A stretch of DNA of 64,000 bases from Sphyrna mokarran (GCA_024679065.1 JAGIQG010000001.1:151590001-151654000); one strand, 5' to 3'. Shown: positions 26,352-38,750, counted from the stretch's first letter. Numbers and translations are program-made. Notes: generated from the letters alone by a model not told the origin.

Positions 26352-27240
26352 TGAAATAAGGAAAATGCTACAGATGCTGGAATCTGAAACAAGCCATGAG
26401 GATGCCGGAAAAACTCGGCAAGTCTGCCAGCATCTATCGGGCAAGAAACAGAGTTAACTTTTCAACAGAATCAAAAGAAGGGAGAATGTGTTAGAGTTAT
26501 GGAAACTACAACAAAAAAGTAGCAACTTTAAGAGCAAACAATACATGGACTGATGTGAGAGGGGAAGGAAACATTTGTATTAAGACCGTGCGTATGTGGA
26601 ATACAAAAAGAAGTGGGAGGTTTAAGATGAGATGCTGCTGCTTCAGTCAGTGCTGGGCTTCACTGGAGCATTGCAGCAGGCCAAGAAAGAACACATGCTG
26701 AGTTAAAACAGCTAGCAGCAGGAAGATTGCAGTCAGGCTTACAGACTGAATGAAGGTGGTTCCGCAAAGCAGTCACGCAGTGCGCATTTAGTTTCTCCAT
26801 TGTAGAAGAGATTGTATTTGGAATACATTTGGAGCAGCGAATACAATAAACCAAAATGAAGGAAGTGCAAGTGAAATGCTTTTTAACCATTTATTAATGG
26901 TTTTACCTGAAAAGAGTATTTGGGGCCTTAAATGGTGAGAAGGTAAAAGAGCAGGTTTCGCATCTTCTGTGATTGCTTCGGAAGGGGATAAGGAGTCAGG
27001 TGTGATTGAGGAGTGGACCAGGGTGTCATGGCGGGAGTGGTCGCTATGGAATGCTGACACTGGGGTGAGGGGAAGATGTGTTTCATGATAGAATCGTGAT
27101 GAAGCTTGCAGAATTGGCAGATCCTTTGCATGCAGAGGCCAGTGAGGTGGAAAGTGAGGGCAAGAGGACCCTATTCCGGTTCTGGGAGGAAGGGGAAGGG
27201 AAGGAGTAAGGCCTGGCACATGGGAAATGGTCGAACATGT
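26352..27240 (-). mobile_element. Penelope-like element remnant (GIY-YIG endonuclease region plus pseudo-LTR tail)
   Basis: Minus frame HFTCTSFILVYCIRCSKC...LRNHLHSVCK...AASCFNS resembles PLE endonuclease FTCxSxNxVYCIxC...EHLRSV. Tail ACAGATGCTGG...AAACAGAGTTAAC is shared with 27928-28127 and 48538-48640. Confidence 0.8.
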
Positions 27241-27589
27241 AGTTGTAATATGGAGCTAGCACTGGCATTACTGGTATATAAAATAGTAGAATGGTTACAG
27301 TATGGAAGGAAACCTTTTTTATTTGTTTGTGGGACATAAGTGTCATTGGCTGGCCAACATTTATTGCCCATCCCTGGTTGCCCTTGGGCAGTTGAGAGTC
27401 AACCACATTGCTGTCTCTCGAGTCGCATATAGGTCAGACTGGGTGAGGATTGCAGATTTTCTTCCTGAAGGATATCTGTTGATACCTTTCATACCCATGC
27501 CCTCCTAATCCCCTAAGCCTTTCTTTTCAGATATTGATCCAATTCCCTTTTGAATCATGTGGAGGCCTTTAATCATCAAGTTGGCATTA

Positions 27590-27860
27590 ACTCTCTGACG
27601 CGCATCTTAGCCAGACCCTCTCCCCTTCCCTATCCCTGCAATCTTGTGCATTTACCACGGCTAATCTACCTAAGCTAGACACTAAGGGGCAATTTACTGT
27701 GGCCAGTCTATCTAACCTGCATATCTTTGGGTTGCGGGAGGAAACCCACACAGATGTGGGAACAAAATGCAAATTCCACACAGTCACCCAAGGCTGGAAT
27801 TGACTCTGGGTCCCGGGCCTGTGAGGCAGTAGTGCTAACCGCTGTGACATCATGCTGCCT
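27590..27860 (-). mobile_element. HE1-like SINE
   Basis: GACACTAAGGGGCAATTTA...GTGAGGCAGTAGTGCTAACC. Confidence 0.8.
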
Positions 27861-27927
27861 TTTTGTGTTTTGAATGTCAGAATTGAATGTATTCTCAGAC
27901 AGTAAATTCCACTCGCTGTGTTTCCAT

Positions 27928-28127
27928 CTGTGGAGAGAGAAACAGAGTTAACATTTTAAGTCCAGTATGACACTTTGGAAGAAGTTCGATTCTAAATGAG
28001 AGTCATATAGGACTTGAAACATTAACTAACTCTGTTTCTCTCCCCACAGGTAGTGGCAGACCTGCTGAGTTTTTCTAGCATTTTCTATGTTTATTTCAGA
28101 TCTTCAGATCTATGGTATTTTACTTTT
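27928..28127 (+). mobile_element. Palindromic Penelope-derived pseudo-LTR element, family A
   Basis: Inverted arms CTGTGGAGAGAGAAACAGAGTTAA...TAACTCTGTTTCTCTCCCCACAG (27928-28049), then tail GACCTGCTGAGT...AGCATT. Hammerhead core decayed. Confidence 0.7.
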
Positions 28128-29010
28128 AGTTCAACATGATTTGCCCTTAACAAATCTGTGCTGTCTTTGCTTAATTAATCCATATTGGTCCAAGTGGCTA
28201 TTAGTTTTGTCCCAAATCATTGTTGCTAAAAGTTTTCCTGCCGCCATAGTTAAACTGACTAGCCTGTAATTGCTACACTTGTCATTCCATCCTCTTTTGA
28301 ACAATATTTGCAATTCTCCAGTTCTCTAGCAGCATCCCTACATCTAAGTACGCTTGGATGCATCTCATTCGGTCCTATCTATCCAATACCACCTTCTTAT
28401 CAGTTTTAAACTAAACAAGTGTCTGAACTATCTCTTCTTTCACCATGACCTGGCTAGCATCCTCTTCCTTCACCATGACCTGGCTAGCATCCTCTTCCTT
28501 GGTAAAGACAGATGCAAAGTTAATTTAGTAGTTCAGCCATGCCCCATGCTTCCAAGTGTAAATCCCCTTTTTGTTCCCTAAGTATCCCAAACCTTTAATA
28601 TCCATTTTTTTCTATTCATACACCCATAGAAGATTTTTAGATTGGTTTTTATGTTCACTGTCAGTCAATCTCTTCCTCACCTGCTGTTTGCTACTCTTAT
28701 TTGTTTTATTCCCTTCCAAACCTTCTATATTAAGCATAATTCTCAGTTAGGTTATCCAACTGAAATCTGTTACATGCACCCTTTTTGCTGTTTCATTTTA
28801 CTGCCTAACTCAGAGAACTTTGGATTTGTTTGCCCTACCTCTTCCCCTAATGGAAATGTACCTTGACTATATCTGAACTACCTCATTAAAGGCAGCTCTC
28901 TGTTCAGTTATAACTTTGCCTGCCAAATGTTGGATCCAACCCAGATAAATTGGAAGCATTCTCATCCTGTTGAAGATGGCTCTCCACTAATTAATTATTC
29001 TTACTCTAGA
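28128..29010 (-). mobile_element. Decayed CR1 LINE ORF2 fragment
   Basis: LFKRG..DKCSNYRLVSLT..AGKLL..I..QRQHRFVKGKSC. Confidence 0.75.
28432..28500. repeat. Perfect 30-bp tandem duplication
   Basis: CACCATGACCTGGCTAGCATCCTCTTCCTT at 28441-28470 and 28471-28500. Confidence 0.95.
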
Positions 29011-29020
29011 TTGAGATGTA

Positions 29021-29147
29021 GCGTGGGATTTTCCAACTGTGCTCTCCCCAAAGCCAGAAAATTCTGCTCGAGGTGAACAGACCTTTAGATGGACTCCCCC
29101 CTGCCCGCCGCAATTCCTGTGGCAGGAGAATAGGGAAAATTCCTCTC
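29021..29147. mobile_element. Short MITE-like element
   Basis: Imperfect terminal inverted repeats GTGGGATTTTCC...GGAAAATTCCTC with a GC-rich interior. Confidence 0.5.
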
Positions 29148-29280
29148 ATAGTCTCCAACAAATCATTGACGTGTATTCATGTTGCACTGAAAACTAATGT
29201 GTCTATTAGAATAAATTATTGGTTTATTAAAAGCATCTAAAGTTAAACCTTTTTTTTGCTTTCTTTTAAAAAGTGTGGTC

Positions 29281-30575
29281 TGCATGCCAATTAATATGAC
29301 ATAAAAATGTTTTGGTAGTGGATTGGGGAGGAGGGGGGTGTCATATTTGTTAAGGATCTGTAGGTTTCATAGTGCTGTGTCCTTGATTTGATGATCTTAC
29401 CAACTTGCTATTGTTTGTTATTGTGCTTTTCCCCATTGTTACATTAATTTTGGCAGTTTAAAGTGCTGCTGCTTATCCTAAAAAAGGAAAGATTTTTTCT
29501 GATTTGAATAAAGAAGTATTTCTACTTTTGGTCATTCTTTATAGAACTTGGCATGTTATCACATCTCTTCAGTTTTCTTTTCCAAGGCTGTTCTGCATGC
29601 ATGATCTTGTAGAAAATGAGCTGTGAAGTCATGTACTGTCAAGCTTCCAGTTATGTGTCTACATTGGTGAAACCTCTTATTAACTGTAATAAATGTAATT
29701 GGGAGAAAAAGCAAATGGGCAAATGAAACAAGAATTGCCAATAAAAGAGCATTGATGGAAGTTTGAGATAAAGTCATCTGTCTTTACTGTCAAATGAGAT
29801 GCATGGCCTGGTGAGGTTGTAAGGGAAAAATCAGACTTCTTGACCTTGAGCAGATGTGATGATGAAATCCTGCACGCATTTTCTCTGCTGTAAAAACATT
29901 AGTTCTTGATTTCACTGCACCTGTTTTTTTAAACCCGTGATTCAAAAGGTGTGCATGTCTTGCATTTTATTATGTTGCATGTTTTAACTAATAAAAAGCC
30001 TATGTATTTTGTGCATGTAAATTATGAATTTGAAAGTTATTATGTACTCTGTTCACTTCCTTCCAGTTATCTTTTTCCTGTTGGCAACAGGTAGAAGTTT
30101 TGTGCTATTGGTGAATATGTGTGAGTGTTGAATGTATTGTTGATGTTTACTGTTTTCAAGGAATTCTAGCCCTCCACTGGGGGTTCTTCCGCAGGAGTTC
30201 AAACTGCAGCCCAGCAGTCAGACAGCTGACAGGTACCACACGACCTGTTCGTCATGTGCTGTGTTTGTCACATGTTAACCCATGGGTTTTTAAATTTTTT
30301 AAAAAGTGTCTTTATTTTTTGTTTACACAATCCATGATTTAAGCATCATGCCATTCAGTGATCATTTTAGTATATTGTACTTCACAAAATGCAAACTTTG
30401 CCATGAGATTATTTCAATATTTTTTTGTTTGAAGGGATGTCTCTGACTATATTTTGGAAGTTATTATGAAATGAGTGCAGCAAGGGAGCATTTATCACAA
30501 TAAAGACAATGTTATCCATTCCAATGTATTTGCACTATTGCTTTTTAAAAAAAAATCAACCAACAAATTTGCATG
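29281..30575 (+). promoter_or_regulatory. RBFOX (TGCATG) splicing-regulatory cluster around the INTS10 cassette exon
   Basis: TGCATG at 29281, 29594, 29598, 29800, 29952, 29976, 30012 and 30570; QKI-like ACTAAT at 29987. Confidence 0.65.
30161..30232 (+). CDS. INTS10: INTS10 alternative (cassette) exon, 72 nt, frame-preserving
   Basis: tgttttcaAG and GTacca; phase 2-2. Translates (K)NSSPPLGVLPQEFKLQPSSQTADR, resembling an insert I recall from long amniote INTS10 isoforms (SSPPMGLLQQEF...QPSIQTADR). Confidence 0.75.
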
Positions 30576-30934
30576 CTTTAGTTAGAAAGCATGTGGGTCA
30601 TAAATCATTGTTCATCAAAATGTCCTTAAATATTTACCCAATCAACTTTTATATAATTAGTGCAAAATAATTTAATCATAAATTTGGGAATTTGGCTGGA
30701 TAAATGAAAATATATTTAGATTGAATAATTCAATGTATTTAAAACATCATTTCAAATATTGACAATCTTCCAATGCATAATTATATATTTAAATATTATT
30801 AATCTCTAGTAAGTTAAATTTTAATAACTTGAAATTTTCTTATGGTAGGATATTGCCAAAGGATGAAAAGTTATTTACAGTTGACAGGAATGTGTAGCCA
30901 GATGGGTAATTAGCTTTTTCAATTTGTGTTGCAG

Positions 30935-31091
30935 ACATCACACTGTAACCCGAGGTATTACGAAAGGAGTGAAAGAAGATTTCCGATTAGCCATGGAGCG
31001 GCAGGTTTCCCGCTGTGGGGAAAATCTAATGGTGGTGTTGCATAGATTTTGCATTAATGAGAAGATCATATTGCTTCAAACTCTGATGTGA
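30935..31091 (+). CDS. INTS10: INTS10 terminal coding exon, stop TGA at 31089-31091
   Basis: tgttgcAG acceptor. Translates [51 protein letters not shown], nearly identical to the human C-terminus as I recall it. Confidence 0.97.
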
Positions 31092-31654
31092 CAGACACAT
31101 GCAAGCATTTTCCTTTTAGAACTTACAGATGATTGTGTCAATCTGCTGAAGTGCACTGCTCTTATCATGTGCATAGTGAAGTTTGTTATTGGATTTTAGA
31201 GTCTATCTTAATGGAACTCAAGACATACTTGAAAGGATATGTTCCAATTCCACTGAAAAATTGCTAATATCGATGCCTTAAGTAATCCAGTTTTGATGAA
31301 TGTTTGCATTCATTAAGACCAGAGATCTCAGTGCTAAAAGATTAGAATCATTTTCCTTTATGGTCATTTTTGTCAGCTTCGACTGTTGTAAGCAGGCAGA
31401 CCTGGCTTTAGCCAGTTTGGTAGAGAAAAAATTCTCCCTGTACCCTTAGCCCGACAATGTGCTTTAATTCTGCACTACCTGATATGTTACACCAAGTTCT
31501 TGTGGGAACCTAAGATGGTCAAATATTTGTATGGCGATTTTGGTGATATGGCATCAATCAAAGCTGAGCTGACGTTTTCCAAACTAATTTAACCTGGGTC
31601 TGTTGCAGTCACAGAAATAGGAGACTTCCTCACCATCTCTGGCTGGGTAGCCTA

Positions 31655-31759
31655 AATAAAAGGATTGTGCTATAACTCTGTCCTCTCAATAGTATAACAT
31701 ACTGAACAAAAAAATTAGCATGATCATTTTTAATTCAAATGTCACACAAAAGTAATAAA
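31655..31759 (+). terminator. Candidate INTS10 polyadenylation signals (AATAAA at 31655 and 31754)
   Basis: AATAAA hexamers about 0.6 kb after the stop. Motif evidence only; a longer UTR is possible. Confidence 0.35.
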
Positions 31760-32785
31760 ATTCAGGTCCTCTTCAGTGGGCCCATTTGCTGGCCCCAATA
31801 GAATGAGAGAACCTCCCACAAAAAATCCAAGCAACGACCTTTATTTAACTTTTTTTGAATCAATTACAATTCCAGCCGTATAAGTTCCAGACCATAATAT
31901 CTGCTATCAGTAGAACTCAATTAATTGACAATTTCCAAACTGAATACCTCATCCTGAATTATTTCTGCCCCATGGAGATGAATGCGCTAACTTAAAACTT
32001 GCATTTAAAATGAATGACTTTTTACAAAGTATTTTTAATACTATTTTTTTTATCACGATGCAACATTAATTAATTCCTTCCAGTAGTGGAACTAGAGCTT
32101 GCAGAACTTATTTGCTAATGAATGGAAATCTGAGAGAAATGCATTTCTGGGAGACAAAATATTTGTAAAAAAACGTCAATCTCTGCCATAAGCTTAAACA
32201 TTTTATATTTTTCCATCGGCTGGAGAACATTTGGTTTTCCTTATCGTTTCACAGCAGCTTGTGTGAGATGGAACTAACTAATTTTTCAAAGTGATAGTTC
32301 TGTTAAATATTAAAATGAATCACTGAGGTTCTTTTCCCATTTTTGTTTTCAACTAAGCAGTTAAATTGTGACTTATATTTTATAATTCTCAATGTCTCAC
32401 CTGCTTTAAACACTTGCCCCACTGCTAATTGTTCAATTGCAAGGTTTTAAGCACCATCCCACAGTCAGCTGAAGAACCAGGGGAATTTTCAGTGGATTTG
32501 CCCAACTTTTTTGTGTTTATTCCACTTAAATCCAATCAATTCCAATTCAGAATCTCAACAAATTGAGACATTCCTGATCCAAGCTAACAAGACATGGCTC
32601 TCACCACCTGTCTTGGGCTTCATGTACGTGATCCAAGCTGATTGGAATAGGCATACTCCTCCTCCAAGACTTAATTTCATTTGCATCTTAGCCGAAAGGC
32701 TGAGATGCTGCTTTTAAAAATTGCTTAAAATGAAGCTAAAATGTAACCTAATGATGTCAACCAAGCATAGCATGTCGATAGCATG

Positions 32786-32816
32786 CTTGATCTTACCCAA
32801 AAGGCCAAGAAGCGAT
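32786..32816 (-). pseudogene. 3'-truncated U2 snRNA fragment (first 31 nt)
   Basis: Reverse complement ATCGCTTCTTGGCCTTTTGGGTAAGATCAAG versus U2 5' end ATCGCTTCTCGGCCTTTTGGCTAAGATCAAG: 29/31 identical, starting exactly at U2 nt 1. Confidence 0.85.
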
Positions 32817-34529
32817 TTGCGTTTACCTAATCTTACACTTGAACTTTATAAATGGCTGTTTGTAGCAGTAGATTGAGAGAACAGCTGCAAAAATTCCAAA
32901 CACAGATCTTTACTTAACTTTTTCTGTGTAGATGCAGAGCTGTAATCGGAACAACTGATGACCGATAGATGTTGGACCAAATGCATCCCTTTTTAGAGTA
33001 CCTACATACTGTAACTTCTCCAGCCGTATTCCAAAAATTGAATCAGTGTACTACTGATTTTGATGAACCATTCCCTTGGCAATCAAAAGGCTTTTTAGGA
33101 ACAACTTATCTTTCAAGTGAAAGTAATCCAGTGCTATAGTGAGGGAGTAAAGAGATCATAACTCAAGTTATCTCGAAGAAAGGAAAGATTGTTCTGGGAT
33201 ATCATAACGGGCTCACAGACTGAAACAGATGGACTTAAGTGCTCACCTGTAGTCTAAGCGTCAGGCACATCTGATTATTCCCAGATACTTCTCCATTCTA
33301 TTTACTTGAGAGTGTAATACATTCACTTCAGTGGCCTTCAATGTCTGTGGTTTTGGTAAAGCAGTACTTCATCATGAAATGCAATGAAGATACAGAGGAG
33401 ATTTATTTTAGGAAGTTATCAACCAACTATCCAGTGTGGACGTAGTAACATTGAATTGTTCGTGGAACGTAATGTAGTTTTAGTCCACGTAAGTGTTTTT
33501 TACAAATCTGCTGTACAAGTTTACAGAACTGTTGTAATTTACATGCGCTTGTATTTTTATGTAAAAAGTTTCCTAAAAATGCCATTTTGTCTTTATTGTG
33601 ATGTGTTGCATTTGAGCTACACCACGTTTACTAATGCTGTTTGTTTCATATATATTTGAACCTCTTGTCAAATTACCTGATATTTAAATATACCTACCTG
33701 AATGTGTGAAAGAGGATTCAAATTAGTTTCGATTTCTTCTATGTATGAGTTAGGTCAAATTGGTCAAAAAATCATTGCTGTTTTTACTTGCCCATAAGCA
33801 AAGTTAACACACTTGGTAAACACGTTATAAAAGCCATTATCTAATGCTTGTGGAGAAGGCACCATTTATTTTTCATTTTCAAGATAAGGAATAACTTGTA
33901 ATCCAAATTATATCCAAATTTCTCTGATAGCTTGTGTGCATCCTTGGATATTTTCTATGCACAAAAGCAAGTTGTAGGTTTTCAGATTGCTTTAAGTCTT
34001 CAAATTTGATTCACCCATGCCTAATCATGATTAGTTATTAGTCTCCTCAGGGTTATGATTGTCCATCATGAAATTATTACATACCAGATTCTAAAACTTT
34101 CTCTTGTCTTCATTCTGCAGTGTAAACTTCATCTGTTCTCATTATAAATTGGAAGCTGTTCCAGTGATGTTTTCCATATCACCCAGTCCACTTGCTTTCA
34201 AGAATGATCCTTAAACGTGATGGTAAAATAGTAAGTGCTTTAGTGCAGTTTTAGTTTAATGAAAAATGTGGATTCTCATAAATGGATAGTCCATTAGTGT
34301 ACTGTAGTGATTGCCAAATTGTTTCCATTGCCTCTCAAGTTCAGTAAATCCATCATTCCCTTTTAAAACATATAATCTCAATCATGCATTTTTCAGTTAG
34401 TTGCTGAGCAAACCTTAAAAACATCCATAGTATATTTATACAAAATTGGACATCTGAGAATAGATTTTATGAAGTTATACTTCCAAAAGTGAATGTTGCA
34501 GAATCGGGAATGAAGACCATGTAACCAAA

Positions 34530-35150
34530 AACAAGAACATAAGAAGTAGAAGCAGGAGTAGACCATATGGCCCTTCAAATCTGCTCTGTCATTTAATGCA
34601 ATCATAGCTGATCTTGGACTTCAACTCCCCTACCCTGCCTGTTCCCCATATCACATGATTCTCTGGGAGACCAATAATCTATCTTTCTGAGCCTTAAATT
34701 CAATGATGGAGCTTCCACAGCCCTCTGAGATAGAAAATTTCAAAGATTTGTTACCCTTTTGAGTGAAGTAATTTTGCCTGTTCTCAATTCTAAATAATCG
34801 GTCCCTTACCCTGAGATTGCGCCACATTTTAGATTCCCTGACCAGCAGAAACAATTTCTCGGCAAATACACAATGAAACCCCTTCTGAATCTTGTATGTT
34901 TCAATAAGATTACTTCTCATTTTTCTAAATTCCATAGAAAATAGACACAATCTGTTCAGCCTTTCACATTAAGGCAACCCCCTCATCAACAGACCAATTT
35001 AGTGAACCTTTGCTGTATTGCTTCCAAGGCAAGTATCTCTTAAATGTGGAGACAAAGACTGCAGAGGTAGCCTCACCAAGACCCTGTGCAACTTGTGCTA
35101 GACTTCTTTATTTCTGGACTTCAGTCCCTTTGCAATAAAGGCTGACATGC
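34530..35150 (-). mobile_element. CR1 LINE 3' fragment
   Basis: Minus frame LFSMEFRKMRSNLIETYKIQKG..., typical of the CR1 ORF2 C-terminus, with a TTCTTATGTTCTT tail. Confidence 0.85.
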
Positions 35151-35504
35151 CACTGCAGGATTCCATCTGTACTTATTACAGTTGAAGTATACCCCATAGG
35201 GATATTGTTAGTATAGAAGCTCATTAAGTGAATTAGAGATAGCCCTATTATACTTCAGTGTCAGTTCTACAGTGGTTACATGCTAAAAGTGCTGAATTGC
35301 AAGATTATCCCTCAATATTTTGCATCTGATGCAGTTGCTATAGCATTGAGTCTAGTTGCCCTGTCAGGACATACTTGTTCCCTAGTTATCAGATGTTGGT
35401 GCAGCTTGCAAGATCAGTATTAAATCTTGCAATATATTTTTATAGGCAAGAAGGAATATAAATCAGGAAAATTTTGAGTTTACTATATCCTCACATTGTT
35501 AACC

Positions 35505-35870
35505 TGGGCTCAATTGTAGCAGTGGCCTTTGTATTAGAGGGTTGTGGACTTGAACACCCCTGTGCATTACTGAAAGTGCCACACTGGTGGAGGTGCCATT
35601 TTTCTAATGAGACAATGAATTGGGCCCTATCAGTCTGCCTTCTCATCTCAAGAGGATGTAAAGGATCGTATAGCATTCTTCATGGTAAAGTTCTTGGTGA
35701 CATTTGTCCCTAGACCAACATCATTAAAATGTTGTGTGGCCATTTATCTCATTATGGTTGTGGGATGTTGCTACATTGTAACAATAACTTACCGCTCAAA
35801 AGTGCATAATTGGCTATAAAGTACATTTGCAAGTCCTGAAGTTGGAAATGTGTTATATAATTGCAAGCTC
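35505..35870 (+). mobile_element. Old Deu-domain SINE (SacSINE1/AmnSINE-like); related copies at about 22890-23240 (+), 56055-56440 (+) and 42350-42660 (-)
   Basis: GGTTGTGG...TGCATTACTGA...GGAGGTGCCATTTTT..ATGAGAC.. core and tail recur in all four copies. Family name is from recall. Confidence 0.55.
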
Positions 35871-37814
35871 GCTCATTTGCTTGTTTTTAGAGAGCATCTG
35901 CGATAGTTTCACAAAAGAACAATCTGTATCTTGGTTCCGTTTATGTAGTTTCAAAAACTTTATTTAATGTCAGAAATTTTGAAATAATGCATGATAAATG
36001 TATCTATAAAACTAATGAAACTGGTTTACTAACAGATGCTGCAGTTAGCACATGGTATTTATTTTTTGTAAAATCTAATCCAACATAACTGCAGAAGCAA
36101 CTTTGATCAGTGTATTTATTTATATGGAAACACAATAGCAGAAACAATTTGAGCACATAATCCAGGTTGACGTTTTATTGCAATACTGAGTGATAGCTGC
36201 ATCATCTTCCAGAAATGATCTTACCTTAAAACATCTAGCTACTCAGATGAACTTAAACACCTGAGGAACTAATCAGAGAGCAGAAGAAATTGCCACATGG
36301 CTGCAGAAACTCTTCAGATCTGCTTATGGTGGTTTGTATGGCATAGATCACTAATGTTATCTTTATGTAACTGGAACAGTTGCATCAACTGTACATTTCC
36401 ATATGTTAGGGAGAAAAATACAGCTATTTAGCTATAGTGAACTTCACACACTCACTCTCAAGAAATCCAGACAAACGACTTTTGGAGTTTTAGACAGGTC
36501 TTTAGTATGTACTATAGTGCAGACGGCCCCAATGCTCCAACTAGTGGCACATCAGGAAGAGCTCTGATTCAAGGATTGTACAGGCAGTTATTGTGAATAT
36601 CCAGTTACAAGTAATTAGCACATACCAATCAAAGATGTACATATGCTCAGAGGTTATCTCTTTCCACTCAACCATTGATTAGGTTTGCGTAATTTATGAG
36701 TGCAACTAACCAATTACAGTATGTGCACGTCAACTTGATTATAATATTCAATCAATGTAAAAGTTTGTACGTCATTTAGTTTGATTTACCACTAGCTATA
36801 ATTTGTTATCAATATTAATTATGTCTGACTTGTGGATCTCAATTATCCTCTCTGTCCAGGGTTCCACGTTCTTAATGAATTCTCTCAAGCAAGGGATGTT
36901 TGATAGACAAACTTTTTTGTTCAGACTGTAGATAGTATTGCCTTCCTATGTTATCTTTAGATCTTTTGGTTGTCAAAGCAAATGGTAGAGATCTCACATT
37001 GTTAAGATAGACCTTGAGATCTAATATCTGAAGTTCTGCCTGGAAACTAGCCCTGGCTGATTGTGTTGTTGAGGTGCCTCCTTGCAGCTAACAGCCTGCT
37101 TCTCTCAGATAAACTGAAGATTTCAACTCCTTTAGTAAATAATGAAGATAATAAACATATACTAAAGTTTTAAACCAATTTTTCAATATAATGTCCTCCT
37201 TTCACGCTATTTTCTGCTTCTGGATCTAGCGTGCCTGAACTGCATCACTGGAATCAACATCTGAACTCTATTGCACTCTGTGTTCGTAGTGCCTTTCAAC
37301 AAGTTCCAGATGAACCAGAAATTTTGGTTTCCAATCTCAGTTTCAATTATAGACTCTGCAAACTGACCTTTCCAGGTTCTATTCTTTGTTTCCATTTTCA
37401 ATTAGAGTCTATCTCAAAAATATAGAAGTTTTGAAACCATGGTTCTATCAGAACATGAAGAATGTTGCCTTTGCTGTCATTCTGCAAATAAACCTATGCT
37501 ACCATTCTAAGCGACTTCCTGTACTTCCTGCTCATATTTTGCCTTGTTATTCTTCTAAAATTAACATCTTGAACTTATCTACAGCAACCCTTAATAGCAT
37601 TCACTATTTATTTTCTCTCAGATGTGTTTAATCTAATCCATGCCTCTCTCTAGTCCTGATTATTTCTGATGACTTACAAGCAAAAAAAACTAAGAAGATT
37701 GCCCTGCCTCTATGTATAAAAAGGATGGCTGACCAGTTAGCATCCCACACATAATATTGAGCTTTCCTTAACAGCTCACATCACTCTTTCTGAACTCCAC
37801 TGCTTTAGCCTAAC

Positions 37815-38105
37815 GGGGGTGACATAGTGGCATAGTCTCTCACAATGCTATCTTACAACACCATGAATTCAGGTTCAATTGTGGCTTTGGGCGACTGTGT
37901 AAGGTTTGCAAATTCTCCCTGTGTCTGCATGAGTTTTCTCGGGTTCTCCCACAGTCTCCCAAGATGTGCAGGTGAGGTGGATTGGCCATGGTAAATGCAC
38001 ATGGTTACAGGATAGCAAAGGGGAGGGCTTGGCTGGGATGCTGTTTTGGAGAGACAGTGCAGTCTCTTGGGTAGATCGGCTTCCTTCTTAATGTAGACAT
38101 TCTAG
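37815..38105 (+). mobile_element. HE1-like SINE
   Basis: tRNA-like head and CCAAGATGTGCAGGTGAGGTGGATTGGCCATG core. Confidence 0.75.
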
Positions 38106-38464
38106 GTTCATAATCTATCTTTTTAGAAATACTTGATGTGCCTCTGGTTGTTTAACTCTTCACATTCTAATACTAGCCAATAAGAATTCAAATTGACAAT
38201 AATCCCAGTAAAAAATACTACTTTAAATCAAAAAAGGCATCCTGACTTTCTGGACCACATCTTTTGCCATCTGGAAAAAAGACTGTTTTGGACTAAAATA
38301 CTTACGTAACCTGTACTTGCAGAACATTAAATACCAACCCTAGAGGGATAATGTTTGACAAAATGTTGACTTTTGTGATGTTTGTATCTGATATAGAAAC
38401 AGCTTATATCCTTACAGGTATCATTCTGATGCTTATACCATGATATTGTTCCAGCTGTCATATC

Positions 38465-38750
38465 ATAGAATCCCTACAGGGCAGAAAGAGGCCATTTGGC
38501 CCATTGAGCCTGCACTGACAGCAATTTCATCCAGTTCCTATCCCTGTAACTCCATGTATTTATCCTGCTAATCCCCCGAAACAGGGTAATTTACCATAGC
38601 CAATCAACATAACCTCTACATCTTTGGACTGTAGGAGGAAATCCATGCAGACATGGAGAGAAGGTGCAAACTCCGCACAGTCACCTAAGGCCAGAATTGA
38701 ATCCAGGTCTCTGGTACTGTGAGGTGGCAATGCTAACCACTGTGCTGACC
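38465..38750 (-). mobile_element. HE1-like SINE
   Basis: AGAATCCCTACAGGGCAGAAAGAGGCCATT...TGCTAACCACTGTGC. Confidence 0.8.

Noticed and set aside
28432-28500. CRISPR-like direct repeats
   Set aside because: Only two adjacent units with no spacer, in a vertebrate context.
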